Positions 1 to 13,027 of a stretch of DNA of 64,000 nt are shown here, piece by piece. Within the stretch, counting starts at the first letter, position 1. Every line of letters begins with the position of its first letter. Location of the stretch: assembly GCF_044704955.1 (NCBI RefSeq), contig NC_091979.1, positions 141,980,001 to 142,044,000 of the forward strand, given 5' to 3'. The stretch is from Pristiophorus japonicus. Its lineage: Eukaryota. The notes beneath the pieces were generated by a model. The model searched no databases. It was not told the origin of the DNA and was given only the letters and a program-made list of their open reading frames with translations. The position numbers and the translations under genes were made by a program.

Positions 1-230
1 ATATTCACATGAGATACACATGTGCCCTGCAGCATTCTCTTTTGTGGTGTATCTTTTTGGTATTAAAAGTCTTAACTATTACTTAAGCTGTTTGGTTGTT
101 GAGTACTTTGTAACCAGGACTCATTTGCTGCATTTGAAGTGGATTTTGCATCTATTCTTGATAAACGTAATTTAAATTTATAATAAAGTTAAAAATAACC
201 ATTCATGCCTCTTGTCTGTATATGAAACAG

Positions 231-413
231 GAAAACAATGGGTTTGACAGGATAGAAGTACGAGACAATGGCAATGGAATCAAAGCTGTTGATGCCCCTT
301 TCATGGGACTCAAACATTACACATCTAAAATTAGTCATCATGAGGACTTGGAAGCTCTAGTAACGTATGGATTTCGTGGTGAAGCTTTGGGTTCTATCTG
401 TGCTGTGTCTGAG
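231..413 (+). CDS. PMS1: PMS1 (MutL family) coding exon, GHKL ATPase motifs; equivalent to human exon 3
   Basis: Translates [61 protein letters not shown], with the DNGxGI, TSKI and YGFRGEAL motifs. AG acceptor at 229-230, GTAAGA donor at 414, 183 bp, phase 0-0. Confidence 0.95.
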
Positions 414-2829
414 GTAAGAGAGTGATAGTTTATCAAACGCTATCGAGGCTGCCACATTCTGATTGCTTCGGTAGCAATTCAGTGTGTTCATTATCAACAA
501 GCTAGCAATTAACATATGCTGTGGTGTAGTGAGTCAGGGTGCCATTTTGTGGCACTCTGAATTGCTAAGAAATTCAGTTCCCCGTTCTACAAAGTTGGTG
601 TTTTTAGTTGTAAAGCTACAGAAAGACACCGAGAAGAAACCAGTTGTCTTCCTGCATGGGATGAATGAAAATTTGCAGGTCTATGGGGAAAGACTAGGGA
701 AATGGGACTAATTGGAAAATTGGATAGTTCTTTCAAAGAGCCGGCACAGGCACAATGGTCGAATGGCCTCCTGTGCTGTATCGTTCTATGAAAAGTATCC
801 TGGTGCACAGTTAGATTTCAAAAATAAACTTTTAACTCTCTTTAATGCTCCGAGAGAAGCAATGCAGCTGCTTGTGTCTAGTAACATTAAGAATTAGTTA
901 CCCAGAGAGTCGATCTCTACATGTGTCCAAGAATGTATGCCCAGTACTTGGCCACCGAGCTCAATGTGAGGAGCAGCCACAAATATAACTGGGACTGACA
1001 GCTGTGCAATGCAGTATACACATACTGGTATCTGTAGAATAGCAGCAGTCAAATATACTGTTTCTGTAGTGCGAAGTACCACTTCCAGGTCTGGAGAGTG
1101 AGCAGGGAACCATTACAAGGTCTTTCCAATGACAGCTCCTGAGCTAACCCCAAGGAGATGTACAACAGTTCCTAGTACGACCAAATGTATTATTCTACTC
1201 ATTGCACCACCAGTTATAAAGCACATGCAATTCTCTGATTAAAACAATTTTGATTCAAGGTTCATAGAAGTCACAGATTTAATACCAGAGCCCTGAAAAT
1301 TGTGAGCTACTCCTGATTGAGTCTTGCTTGACAGAAGTGCAGATCAGAGAACAGTAATGCTTCTGATTATTCAACCATTAAAGTAAATGGCCAGAAAATT
1401 AGGATTGTCATGAATTGACTTCCACGCTCGATTCTCAGATCTGCGGTCCTGTTGAGTGAGACCCCACACCAGGAGGGGGATCTTGCCATGCTGACGCTTG
1501 ATTTGAAGTTTGATGTTTGATTTGAAACAATTATTAAATTACCAGTAGATTTCCTGTGACGTTGTTAATAGTGAGTGTTGACACTGTTTTATAACAATAG
1601 CAGTGTAATGAACAAAATCTTACTTGAGGCAAATGTGTTCATAGATATAGCAAAATTGTAATTGAGGAATTGGTACCATTATTGAATTATTCACATTTTT
1701 TCAAGTCCACTGTCAAATGATTAATGTATAATTTTATTTAGCAGCACTACCGCTACAAGGAGAATATTTACTTCATCTTTCTCAAGAAATTGAAGTGCAG
1801 TGAATTGTTACTCCAATATAGTAGGACGCGGGTGTATGCCTGTGATTTCCCCGCACAGTTACTTCCTGACCTCAGCTAGGTTACTTGGGGAGCTCATTTA
1901 GTCTGTTCTCACATACTTCCTAATAGTCATCGACAGACTGGGGCAGGGGTTAAAGACACAAAATAACTTTCTTAAAACACCATTGAAAACTTAATACTTC
2001 AAATAAAATAAAACCTGACATTTTCATAACATAGATGTTGTACATCACTCTGATCAGAATGCTTTCCCTTTCTGATACTTTTGGTTTTGTACTTCCATCT
2101 ACTTCAATGACATAAATCATGGAGTTTACGCAAAACTGAAAGAAGCAATTGAGTTATATAATCCATATTACTTTGGATTTGATATTTAATGAGAAAACAC
2201 AATTTTCCTGCGTAATTAGTAACATTATACTCTAACTTGTATGCTTTATTCAGTGACTACAGTATTCTCTATGTATAATCATTGTCTCTAAGATGTTGCT
2301 AACTTTCCACTAAACTCATGTTCTTATGAAAGCAAATGATGAGCAGCCACACAACTTGGAAATAGCAGCTCATTGGAAGCCTCTGAGTGCTTTCAAACGG
2401 TTGAAGAGTTATTGCACGTTCTGTGTCCTGGGAATATTGAAGTCATTTGTGAATCATTTGTAAGCTACAAACAGTATTTTAAGCGGCTGCAGAATTTAGA
2501 AAAAGTCAAATTTTAGCCGAAGCACATAAGAGGGTATAAACTGTCATGAATATTTTTACCTCCCTCCCCCACCCAATATTCTCTTTGCGGGGTACTAGCT
2601 CATGCTGGGGTACAGTCTTGTAGATGCTGACAGCAGATGGGGTACAGCCCCATAGGTACTCTCAACATGTTGTTTCATGATGAGGTTAAGTCTCACATAG
2701 AAAATAGGTGCAGGAGTAGGCCATTCGGCCCTTCGAGCCTGCACCGCCATTCAATAAGATCATGGCTGATCATTCCTTCAGTACCCCTTTCCTGCTTTCT
2801 CTCCATACCCCTTGATCCCCTTAGCCGTA

Positions 2830-5560
2830 AGGGCCATATCTAACTCCCTCTTGAATATATTCAATGAACTGGCATCAACAACTCTCTGCGGCAGGGAATT
2901 TTACAGGTTAACAAATCTCTGAGCGAAGAGGTTTCTCTTCATCTCAGTCCTAAATGGCCTATCCCTTATCCTAAGACTTTGTCCCCTAGTTCTGGACTTC
3001 CCCAATATCGGGAACATTCTTCCCGCATCGAACCTGCCCAGTCCCGTCAGAATCTTATATGTTTCTATGAGATCCCATCTCATCCTTCTAAACTCCAGTG
3101 AATAAAGGCCCAGTTGATCCAGTCTCTCCTCATATGTCAGTCCAGCCATCCCTGGAATTAGTCTGGTGAACCTTCGCTGCGCTTCCTCTATAGCAAGAAC
3201 ATCCTTCCTCCGATTAGGAGACCAAAACTGAACACAATATTTCAGGTGAGGCCTCACTAAGGCCCTGTACAACTGCAGTAAGACCTCCCTGCTCCTATAC
3301 TCAAATCCCCTAGCTATGAAGGCCAACATACCATTTGCCTTCTTCACCGCCTGTTGTACCTGCATGCCAACCTTCAATGACTGATGAACCATGACACCCA
3401 GGTCTCGTTGCACCTCCCCTTTTCCTAATCTGCTGTCATTCAGATAATATTCTGCCTATGTGTTTTTGCCCCCAAAATGGATAACCTCACACTTATCCAC
3501 ATTATACTGCATCTGCCATGCATTTGCCCACTGACTTAACTTGTCCAAGTCACCTGCGGCCTCTTAGTGTCCCCCTCACAGCTCTCACCGCCACCCAGTT
3601 TAGTGTCATCTGCAAACTTGGAGATATTACACTCAATTCCTTCATCCAAATCATTAATGTATATTGTAAAGAGCTGGGGTCCCAGCACTGAGCCCTGCAG
3701 TACTCCACTAGTCACTGCCTGCCATTCTGAAAAGGACCCGCTTATCCCGACTCTCTGCTTCCTGTCTGTCAACCAGTTCTCTATCCACGTCAGTACATTA
3801 CCCCCAATACCATGCGCTTTGACTTTGCACACCAATCTCTTGTACGGGACCTTGTCAAAAGCCTTTTGAAAGTCCAAATACACCACATCCACTGGTTCTC
3901 CCTTGTCCACTCTGCTTGTTACATCCTCAAAAAATTCCAGAAGATTCGTCAAACATGATTTCCCTTTCATAAATCCATGCTGACTTGGACCGATCCTGTC
4001 ACTGCTTTGCAAATGCGCTGCTATTTCATCCTTAATGATTGATTCCAACATTTTCCCCACTACTGATGTCAGGCTAACCGGTCTATAATTACCCGCTTTC
4101 TCTCTCCCTCCTTTTTTAAAAAGTGGTGTTACTTTAGCTATCCTCCAGTCCATAGGAACTGATCCAGAGTCGATAGTCTGTTGGAAAATGATCACCAATG
4201 CATCCACTATTTCTAGGGCCACTTCCTTAAGTACTCTGGGATGCAGACAATCAGGCCCTGGGGATTTATCGGCCTTCAATCCCATCAATTTCCCCAACAC
4301 AATTTCCCACCTAATAAGGATATCCTTCAGTTCTTCCTCCTCACCAGACCCTCTGTCCCTTAGTACATTCGGAAGGTTATTCGTGTCTTCCTTCATGAAG
4401 ACAGAACCGAAGTATTTGTTCAATTGGTCTGCCATTTCTTTGTTCCCCATTATAAATTCACCTGAACCCGACTGCAAGGGATCTACATTTGTCTTCACTA
4501 ATCTTTTTCTCTTCACATATTTATAGAAGCTTTTGCAGTCAGTTTTTATGTTCCCTGCAAGTTTCCTCTCGTACTCTATTTCCCCCCTCTTAATTTAACC
4601 CTTAGTCCTCCTCTGTTGAATTCTAAATTTCTCCCAGTCCTCAGGTTTGTTACTTTTTCTAGCCAATTTATATGCCTCTTCCTTGGTTTTAACACTGTCC
4701 TTAATTTCCCTTGATAGCCACGGTTGAGCCACCTTCCTCATTTTATTTTTACTCCAGACAGGGATGTACAATTGCTGAAATTCATCCATGTGATCTTTAA
4801 ATGTTTGCCATTGCTTATCCACTGTCAACTCTTTAAGTATCCTTTGCCAGTCTATTCTAGCCAATTCATGCCCCATACCATCGAAGTTACCTTTCCTTAA
4901 GTTCAGGACCCTAGTTTCTGAATTAACTGTGTCACTCTCCATCTTAATAAAGAATTCTACCATATTACGGTCACTCTTCCCCAAGGGGCCTTGCACAACA
5001 AGATTGCTAATTAGTCCCTTCTCATTACACATCACCCAGTCTAGGATGGCCAGCTCTCTAGTTGGTTCCTCAACATATTGGTCGAGAAAACCATCCTTAA
5101 TATACTCCAGGAAATCCTCCTCCACCGCATTGCCACCAGTTTGGTTAACCCAATCAATATGTAGATTAAAGTCGCCCATGATAACTGCTGTACCTTTATT
5201 GCACACATCCCTTATTTCTTGTTTGATGCTGTCCCCAACCTTACTACTACTGTTTGGTGGTCTGTACACAACTCACACTAGCGTTTTCTGCCCTTTGGTA
5301 TTCCGCAGCTTCACGCATTCAGATTCCACATCATCCAAACTAATGTCCCTCCTTACTATTGCATTAATTTCCTCTTTAACCAGAAACGCCACCCCACCTC
5401 CTTTTCCTCTCTGCCTATCCTTCCTAAATGTTGAATACCCCTGGATGTTGAGTTCCCAGCCTTGGTCACCCTGGAACCATGTCTCCGTGATGCAATTACA
5501 TCATATCCATTAACTGCTGTCTGCGCAGTTAATTCGTCCACCTTATTTCGAATACTCCTC
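2830..5560 (-). pseudogene. CR1 ORF2 (APE endonuclease plus reverse transcriptase), disrupted
   Basis: ORFs 5356-5748, 4595-5269, 3536-4516 and 2901-3413 are consecutive ORF2 pieces separated by stops or frameshifts. Confidence 0.9.
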
Positions 5561-5760
5561 GCATTGAGGCACAGAGCCTTCAGGCTTGTCTTTTTAACAC
5601 ACTTTGCCCCTTTAGAATTCTGCTGTAATGTGGCCCTTTTTATTTTTTTGCCTTGGGTTTCTCTGCCCTCCACTTTTACTATTCTCCTTTTCATCTTTTG
5701 CTTCTGCCTCCATTTCATTTCCCTCTGTCTCCCTGCATAGGTTCCCATCCCCCTGCCATA

Positions 5761-6663
5761 TTAGTTTAACTCCTCCCCAACAGCACTAGCAAACACTCCC
5801 CCCAGGACATTGGTGCCCATCCTACCCAGGTGCAGACTATCCTGTTTGTACTGGTCCCACCTCCCCCAGAACCGGTTCCAATGTCCCAAGAATTTGAATC
5901 CCTCCCTTTTGCACCGCTCCTCAAGCCACGTATTGATCTGAGCTATCTTGCGATTCCTACTCTGACTAGCACGTGGCACTGGTAGCAATCCTGAGATGAC
6001 TACTTTTGAGGTCCTACTTTTTAATTTAGCTCCTAGCTCCCGAAATTCGTCTCGTAGGACCTCATCCCGTTTTTTACTTATATCGTTGGTACCTATGTGC
6101 ACCACGACAACTAGCTGTTCACTCTCCCTTTTCAGAATGCCCTGCACCCGCTCAGAGACATCCTTGACCCTTGCACCAGGGAGGCAACATACCATCCTGG
6201 AGTCTTGGTTGTGGCCGCAGAAACGCCTATCTGTTCCCCTTACAATCGAATCCCCTATCACTATCGCTCTCCCACTTTTTTTCCTGCCCTCCTGTGCAGC
6301 AGAGCCAGCCACGGTGCCATGAACTTGGCTGCTGCTGCCCTCCCCTGATGAGTCATCCCCCTCAACAGTACCCAAAGCGGTGTATCTGTTTTGCAGGGGG
6401 ATGACCGCAGGGGACCCCTGCACTACCTTCCTTCCACTGCTCTTTCTTTTGGTCACCCATTTACTATCTGGCTGTGTACCCTTTACCTGCGGTGAGACCA
6501 ACTCGCTAAACATGCTATTCACATCATTCTCAGCAATGCGGTCTGTCAGGATCTGCAGATGGATACACTTCCCGCACACGTCGTCGTCAGGGGCACCGGA
6601 AGCGTCCCTGACTTCCCACATAGTACAGGAGGAGCACAACACATGTCCGAGCTCTCCTGCCAT
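5761..6663 (-). CDS. CR1 ORF1: Cys/Zn-finger N-terminus plus SGNH/GDSL-type esterase domain
   Basis: Open 300-aa frame with CxxC..CxxC, IGDS, HIGTND and DxLH motifs. Lacks the leucine-rich coil present in the copy at 24396-25169. Confidence 0.85.
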   Translation of the reverse strand: MAGELGHVLCSSCTMWEVRDASGAPDDDVCGKCIHLQILTDRIAENDVNSMFSELVSPQVKGTQPDSKWVTKRKSSGRKVVQGSPAVIPLQNRYTALGTVEGDDSSGEGSSSQVHGTVAGSAAQEGRKKSGRAIVIGDSIVRGTDRRFCGHNQDSRMVCCLPGARVKDVSERVQGILKRESEQLVVVVHIGTNDISKKRDEVLRDEFRELGAKLKSRTSKVVISGLLPVPRASQSRNRKIAQINTWLEERCKREGFKFLGHWNRFWGRWDQYKQDSLHLGRMGTNVLGGVFASAVGEELN

Positions 6664-6961
6664 GACTTAACCCCTAGATAAACTTATTTGGCAACAACAA
6701 TGCTAAAGGTTACTTACTGATATAGAAAAGAACAAGAAAAACTACTTACCAATCAGCAGCCATTGGTAATTGGTAAGTAGTTTTACTTACTCCCTTGGCT
6801 GTGACGCCACCTTTCGATTTCTTTTTACTTCTTTTTTGCCTCCCTGCTGCAGCTGCACCGGCTGGCCTTTATAGGCCTGCCTCAGCGATCTCCCGCCTCT
6901 TGCCGACCACGAACTCCCCGAACTGCCGCCGCGTTGGCCCTTTATACGTGCTCTCAAGCCT

Positions 6962-7650
6962 CTGACTTGTGCTGGGGTACGGTTCCAGATACTGACTCGT
7001 GCTGGGGTACACTCCCACAGATACTGACCCCGTGCTGGGGTACACTCCCACAGATACTGACCCGTGCCGGGGTACGGTCCCAGAGACTGACCCGTGCCGG
7101 GGTACGGTCCCAGAGACTGACCCGTGCCGGGGTACGGTCCCAGAGACTGACCCGTGCCGGGGTACGGTCCCAGAGACTGACCCGTGCCGGGGTACGGTCC
7201 CAGAGACTGACCAGTGCCGGGGTACGGTCCCAGAGACTGACCAGTGCCGGGGTACGGTCCCAGAGACTGACCCGTGCCGGGGTACGGTCCCAGAGACTGA
7301 CCCGTGCCGGGGTACGGTCCCAGAGACTGACCAGTGCCGGGGTACGGTCCCAGAGACTGACCAGTGCCGGGGTACGGTCCCAGAGACTGACCCGTGCCGG
7401 GGTACGGTCCCAGAGACTGACCCGTGCCGGGGTACGGTCCCAGAGACTGACCCGTGCCGGGGTACGGTCCCAGAGACTGACCCGTGCCGGGGTACGGTCC
7501 CAGAGACTGACCCGTGCCGGGGTACGGTCCCAGAGACTGACCCGTGCCGGGGTACGGTCCCAGAGACTGACCCGTGCCATGGTACGGTCCCAGAGACTGA
7601 CCCGTGCCGGGGTACGGTCCCAGAGACTGACTCGTGCTGGGGTACAGTTC
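6962..7650. repeat. 30-bp minisatellite (CAGAGACTGACCCGTGCCGGGGTACGGTCC)n
   Basis: About 19 near-identical head-to-tail copies at 7060-7630, with degenerate flanking units. Confidence 0.97.
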
Positions 7651-7823
7651 TACAGGTGCTCTGGTACTTGTTCAGGCAACATTCTTCATGTGTGAGACTA
7701 GACAGTGAGTGTTGGCAGGCTGGTGATATGTAACAGCTGGGCCTGAACCTACCTCACACGATATCCACATTCATGTTCTTTTCACCCTCATAGTGATCAA
7801 GGCAGGACTGCTAGCTTATTTCA

Positions 7824-10320
7824 TAAGAACTTAAGAACATAAGAAATAGGAACAGGAGTAGGCCATTTGGCCCCTCGAGCCTGCTCCGCCATTTAATAAG
7901 ATCTTGGCTGATCTGATTCTGGCCTCAACTCCACTTCCCCACCCGCTCTCCATAACCCTTGACTCCCTTGTCATTTAAAAATCTTTGTCTATCTCCATCT
8001 TAAACATATTCAATGACCCAGCCTCCACAGCTCTCTGGGGTAGGGAATTCCAAAGGTTCACAACCCTCTAAGAGAAGAAATTCCTCCTCATTTCTGTTTT
8101 AAATGGGCAGCCCCTTATTCTGAAACTATGCCCCCTAGTTCTAAATTTCTCCTTGAGGGGAAACATCCTCTCTGCATCTACCTTGTCAAGCCCCCTCAGA
8201 ATCTTATGTTTCAATAAGATCACCTCTCATTCTTCTAAACTCCAAGGAGTATAGGCCCAATGTACTCAACCTTTCTTGATATGACATCCCCCTCATCTCA
8301 GGAATCAACCTCGTAAACCTTCTCTGAACTGCCTCCAATGCAAGTATATCCCTCCTTAAATAAGTAGATCAAAACTATACGCAGTACTCCAGGTGTGGTC
8401 TTACCAACACCCTGTAACAGTTGGAGCAAGACTTCCCTACTTTTTTACTCTATCACCTTTGCATTAAAGGCCAACATTCCATTTGCCTTCCTGATTACTT
8501 GCTGTACCTGCATGCTAACTTTTTGTGTTTCATGTACAAGAACCTCCAGATCCCTCTACTACAGCATTTTGTAATCGCTCCCCATTTAAATAATAATTTG
8601 CTTTTTTATTCTTCCTACCAAAGTGGATAACCTCACATTTTCCCACATTATAGTTCATCTGCCAAATTTTGTCTCCTGCTTTCTGTCTCCCTCCTCTCTT
8701 AAATAGAGGTGTTACATTTGTGGTTTTCCAGTCCGCTGGGATTTTGGTAGATTACAACCAGTGCATCCACTCTCTGCAGCCACTTCTTTTAAGACCCTAG
8801 GATGCATGCATAGATAAAAAGCAGGAAACTATAGACCAATTAGCCTAACATCTGTCGTTGGAAAATGCTGGAGTCCATTATTAAGGAAGCAGTAATGGGA
8901 CATTTTGCAAAGCATGATTCAATCAAGCAAAATCAGCATGGTTTTATGAACGGGAAATCACGTTTGACAAATTTGCTGGAGTTCTTTGAGGATGTAATGA
9001 GCAGGGTGGATAAGGGGGAACCAGTGGATGTGGTGTATTTGGATTTCCAGAAGGCATTCGATAAGGTAGCACACATAAAAGGTTACTGCAGAAAATAAAA
9101 GTTCACGGGGTTGGGGGTAATATATTAGCTTGGATAGAGGATTGGTTCACTAACAGAAAACAGAGAGTCGGGATAAATGGGTCATTTTACGGTTGGAAAA
9201 CAGTGACTAGTGGGGTGCTGCAGGGATCGGTGCTGGGTCCTCAACAATTTGCAATTTATATTAATGATTTGGATGAAGGGACCGAGTGTAATGTAGCCAA
9301 GTTTGGTGATGATGCAAAGATGGGTGGAAAAGCAAATTGTGAGGAGGAAACAAAAAATCTGCAAAGGGATATAGACAGGTTAAGTGAGTGGGCAAACATT
9401 TGGCAGATGGAGTATAATGTGGGAAAATGTGAGGTTATCCACTTTGGCAGAAATAATAGAAAAGCAAATTATAATTGAAATGGAGAAAAATTGCAAAGTG
9501 TTGCAGTACAGAGAGACTGGGGGTCCTTGTGCATTAAACACAAAACGTTAGTATTGCAGGTACAGCAAGTTATCAGGAAGGCAAATAGATTATTATCCTT
9601 GAGGTTCTGCTTTTCAATTTAATCCCTAGCTGCTCATATTCCCTCAGCAGACCTCTTTCTTTGTTCTATGTATGTCGTTCGTACTTACGTGAACCATGAC
9701 AACTGGATCTTCCCCCTCCCACTCCGTTCTTCTCCAGCCCAGAGGAGATGTCCTTAACCCTGGCACTGGGCAGCAACATAGCCTTTGGGACGCAACGCTC
9801 TCGACTGCAGAGAAACGTATCTACCCCCATAATGATACTGTCCCCTACCACTACAGTATTACTTTTTACTCCCCCCTCTTGAATGGCCCCCTGTACCACG
9901 GTGGTCAGTTTACTCATCCTCCCTGCAGTCCCTGCTCTCGTCCACACAGGAAGCAAGAATCTCGTACCTGTTGGACAAGAGCAAGGGCTGAGGCTCCTCC
10001 ATGACTATCTCCTGGGTCCCCATACCTGCCTCACTCGTAGTCACACCCTCCTGTCCCTGACCATGGACCAAATTTGAGTTAATTAATCTAATTGGTGTGA
10101 CTGCTTTCTGGAACACCGCATTCAGGTAACTCTCCCCCTCCCTGATGTGTCGCAGTGTTTGAAGCTCGGACTCCGGCTCATCAGCACAGAGCTGAAGTTC
10201 CTCGAGCTGCAGAGGCTTGTCGCAGATGTGGTCGCCGTGGACCTCAATGGTGTCCACCAGTTGCCACATGCAACAGTAGAAACACACCACCTGCCCTGCC
10301 ATCTCTAACGTATTCAATTA
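7824..10320 (-). mobile_element. Rearranged CR1: minus 3' end, plus-strand RT block (about 8812-9598), minus ORF1 remnant
   Basis: CATAAGAA tail at 7824. RT motifs on + in ORFs 8865-9098 and 9203-9478. ORF1-like pieces 9910-10317 and 9666-9956 on the minus strand. Confidence 0.8.
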
Positions 10321-10968
10321 GTTAGATTTGAAGTTTTGAACATTTAGGTTATAATCCCAGTTCTTAATTTAAACCAGTGCCCAAGAAAAGAGAGAAAAAC
10401 TGACCAACCCAGCAGCTGGTGAAATATCACTTACGTATTTTTACTTTTTTAAAATTGATTTTAATCTTCCCCAAATTCCTACTCTTTCCAAATTTCCAAA
10501 TAAACCACTCTGTTTGACTCCACTCCATTTAAAATTTATCTGTGCAAATCACACTGTGCTCTTAAAAACTGTTGACTTTTATACCCTTAGGAGCTACACC
10601 CAATTTACAAGTGTTGACTCAGCACACTTTTGTCTGTGATTAACACCTATTTAAGACAAACAATTTCAGCTGATTGACAGTTAACTGCCACTGGCAGGCA
10701 ACTTCTGTTACCGACAGTTTTACAGTTCTAGGTTTAAATCTTCTTTAAATTTCCTTTTTCCTAATCCATGAACACTGAGGCTAATTGCAACACACCTTCC
10801 CACAACTCAACATTAACCAGCCATTAAACCTGTGACCCTCCTGGTCTTCATAGCACAGTACTACACTGGCAGTACATTTCCTCATTGAGCCATTGCGGAT
10901 TGCCTTCAATACTTCTGTAAAAAATTTTACAATATAAAATGCCATTTAGCTTCACTTTTTTCCCCAAG

Positions 10969-11071
10969 GTTATCGTCACCACTAAGACCACTGCTGATGA
11001 AGTGAGTACACAGTATACTTTGGACAGTGCTGGACACATCATTGCACAGAAGCCTTCTCACATGGGACAAG
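10969..11071 (+). CDS. PMS1: PMS1 coding exon (human exon 4 equivalent)
   Basis: [34 protein letters not shown](G). Polypyrimidine tract plus AG at 10967-68, GT donor at 11072, 103 bp. Continues the previous exon in frame. Confidence 0.93.
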
Positions 11072-11479
11072 GTATTCTAATGTTTTTATATAGAGGATGT
11101 GAGTGTGCCCGCGTTCATGTCTAGTATGTCAGAGGATTCAGATCTCAACTTTGGATCTTCAACAATTGTAACAAACTTTGAAAAGAATTAAGGCAAAATG
11201 TAATTTAATCAATTGAAAAATAACAATAACAGCTGGAAACATCCTGAAGGAACATTCATCATAAAATCTAATTCATAACATGCAGTGAATATAAGAATGT
11301 TGTAATTTTCTAATGATAGCCTTAAATTTAGGATGATGGAATGTCACTATAAAGATGTAGATTAATTTGGGGATTCAGATAACATTGTATGTTGTGAGGT
11401 GATTTGCAAATCTTATCTGATTCCAGAGATTCAGTTATATTTCTATGCTCTATGTAGTCATTTAAAAATATATAAAATG

Positions 11480-11932
11480 AAATAACTTGCTTTTATATAG
11501 TGACTATCGCAACCTCAGGACATCCCAAAGCACTTTACAGCCAATGCAATACTTTTTTAAAAAGTATAGTCACTGTTGCAATGCAGGAAAATGTGGTTAA
11601 ATTGCACATAGCAAGGTCCCACAAACAGCAACAAGATAATGACCAGATAATCTGTTTTAGCGATGTTGGTTGAGGGATAAATATTGTGCAGAACACTGGG
11701 GAGAACTCCCCTGCTCTTCAAATAGTGCCATGAGATCTTTTACATCCAGCAGAGAGGGCAGATTCGGTTTAATGCCTCATTTGAAAGATGGCACCTCTGA
11801 CAGTGCAGCACTCCCTCAGTACTGCACTGGAGTGTCAGCCTAGATTATGTGCTCATGACTCTGGAGTGGGACATAAACCCGCAACCTGCTGACCCATAGG
11901 TAACAGCGCTACCACTGAGCCAAGACTGACGC
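11480..11932 (-). mobile_element. tRNA-derived SINE with Deu-type core and L2-like tail (SacSINE1/DeuSINE-like)
   Basis: Minus strand has A-box TGGCTCAGTGG, a degenerate B-box, the core GTGCTGCACTGTCAGAGGTGCCATC and the tail GTAAAGTGCTTTGGGATGTCCTGAGG. Family name is from recall. Confidence 0.8.
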
Positions 11933-12120
11933 TTGTATATTGTCTCCAAACATGAAAATGTGATGGGTATTAAAAGGTGGTTCAGAAATAATATGTACAG
12001 GAGACCAAAAAGCAGGTTATAAAGGAACTAAGAGGCTATTTACTCCTCAGTGCGAAGGTATTTTAATCTTGTGGATTCTGAAACTTGCACAATTTTTTCA
12101 TTTTTCTATTTATATCTATA

Positions 12121-12921
12121 TCATCATAGGCAATCCTTCGGAATCAAGGAAGACTTGCTTCCACTCTTAAAATGAGTCCTTAGGTGGCTCAACATTCCAA
12201 TACGAGAACCACAGTCCCTGTCACAGGTGGGACAGATAGTCGTTGAGGGAAAGGGTGGGTGGGACAGATTTGCCACACACTCTTTCCGCTGCCTGCACTT
12301 GAGTCTCATCGCCGAGAGCATGTCGAAATCGAGGTGCTCAGCACCCTTCCGGATGCACTTCCTCCACTTAGGGCAGTCTTTGACCAGGGACTCCCAGGTG
12401 TCAGTGGGGATGTTGCGCTTTTTCAGGGAGGCTTTGAGGATATCCCTGTAATGTTTCCTCTGCCCACCTTTGACTCGTTTGCCGTGAAGGAGTTCCGAGT
12501 AGAGTGCTTGTTTTGGGAGGCTTGTGTCTGGCATGCGAACAATGTGGCCTGCCCAGCAGAGCTGATCAAGTGTGGTCAGTGCTTCAATGCTGAGGAAGTT
12601 GGCCTGGTCGAGGACGCTAATGTTGGTGCATCTGTCCTCCCAGGGGATTTGTAGGATCTAGCGGAGGCATTGTTGGTGGTATTTCTCCAGCGACTTGAGG
12701 TGTCTACTGTACATGGTCCATGTCTCTGAGCCATACAGGATGGCGGGTATTATTACAGCCCTGTAGACCATGAGCTTGGTGGCTGTTTTGAGGGCCTGGT
12801 TTTCAAACACTTTTTTCCTCAGGTGGCCGAAGGCTGCACTGGTGCACTGGAGGCGGAGTTGAATCTCGTTGTCAATGTCTACTCTTGTTGATAAGAGACT
12901 CCCGAGGTATGGGAAATGGAA
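12121..12921 (-). mobile_element. 5'-truncated RTE-clade LINE
   Basis: RTE C-terminal motifs (LYGSETWT, CPTCDR..SH), (TGA)n tail, 10-bp TSD TATATCTATA at 12111-20 and 12922-31. Confidence 0.9.
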
Positions 12922-12994
12922 TATATCTATAATGCTACATTTGTATGACAAGCACTTCGCATTTCAGCATTTTCATTCTGTGACGCAGTCATGT

Positions 12995-13027
12995 TGCAGC
13001 TTCAAACTTTTACCACTAGATGGAGCT
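12995..13027 (+). promoter_or_regulatory. Candidate CTCF site with upstream module
   Basis: CCACTAGATGGAGC at 13013-26, preceded by TGCAG at 12995-99, in apparently non-repeat intron sequence. Motif match only. Confidence 0.35.

Larger units (their letters stand above)
2696..6951 (-). mobile_element. Near full-length CR1-clade LINE (ORF1 plus frameshifted ORF2)
   Basis: 3' end reads CATAGAAA on + (CR1 tail). ORF fragments give APE (YRPP, GDFN) and RT ([15 protein letters not shown]). ORF1 lies upstream. Candidate TSD TCTCA at 2691-95 and 6952-56. Confidence 0.92.

Noticed and set aside
222-425. Stand-alone bacterial mutL fragment, or MLH1/PMS2
   Set aside because: It is bounded by splice sites and joins in frame with two later exons. 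The sequence ([20 protein letters not shown]) fits PMS1.
3567-5740. Plus-strand ORFs opposite LINE ORF2, and similar ones at 26018-27379 and 32972-35137
   Set aside because: They are antisense shadow frames of the RT coding sequence with no independent motifs.
6934-7733. Long ORFs (208-253 aa) in three frames and a CRISPR-like look
   Set aside because: These are translations of a 30-bp tandem repeat. There are no unique spacers and no cas genes, and the context is a eukaryotic intron.
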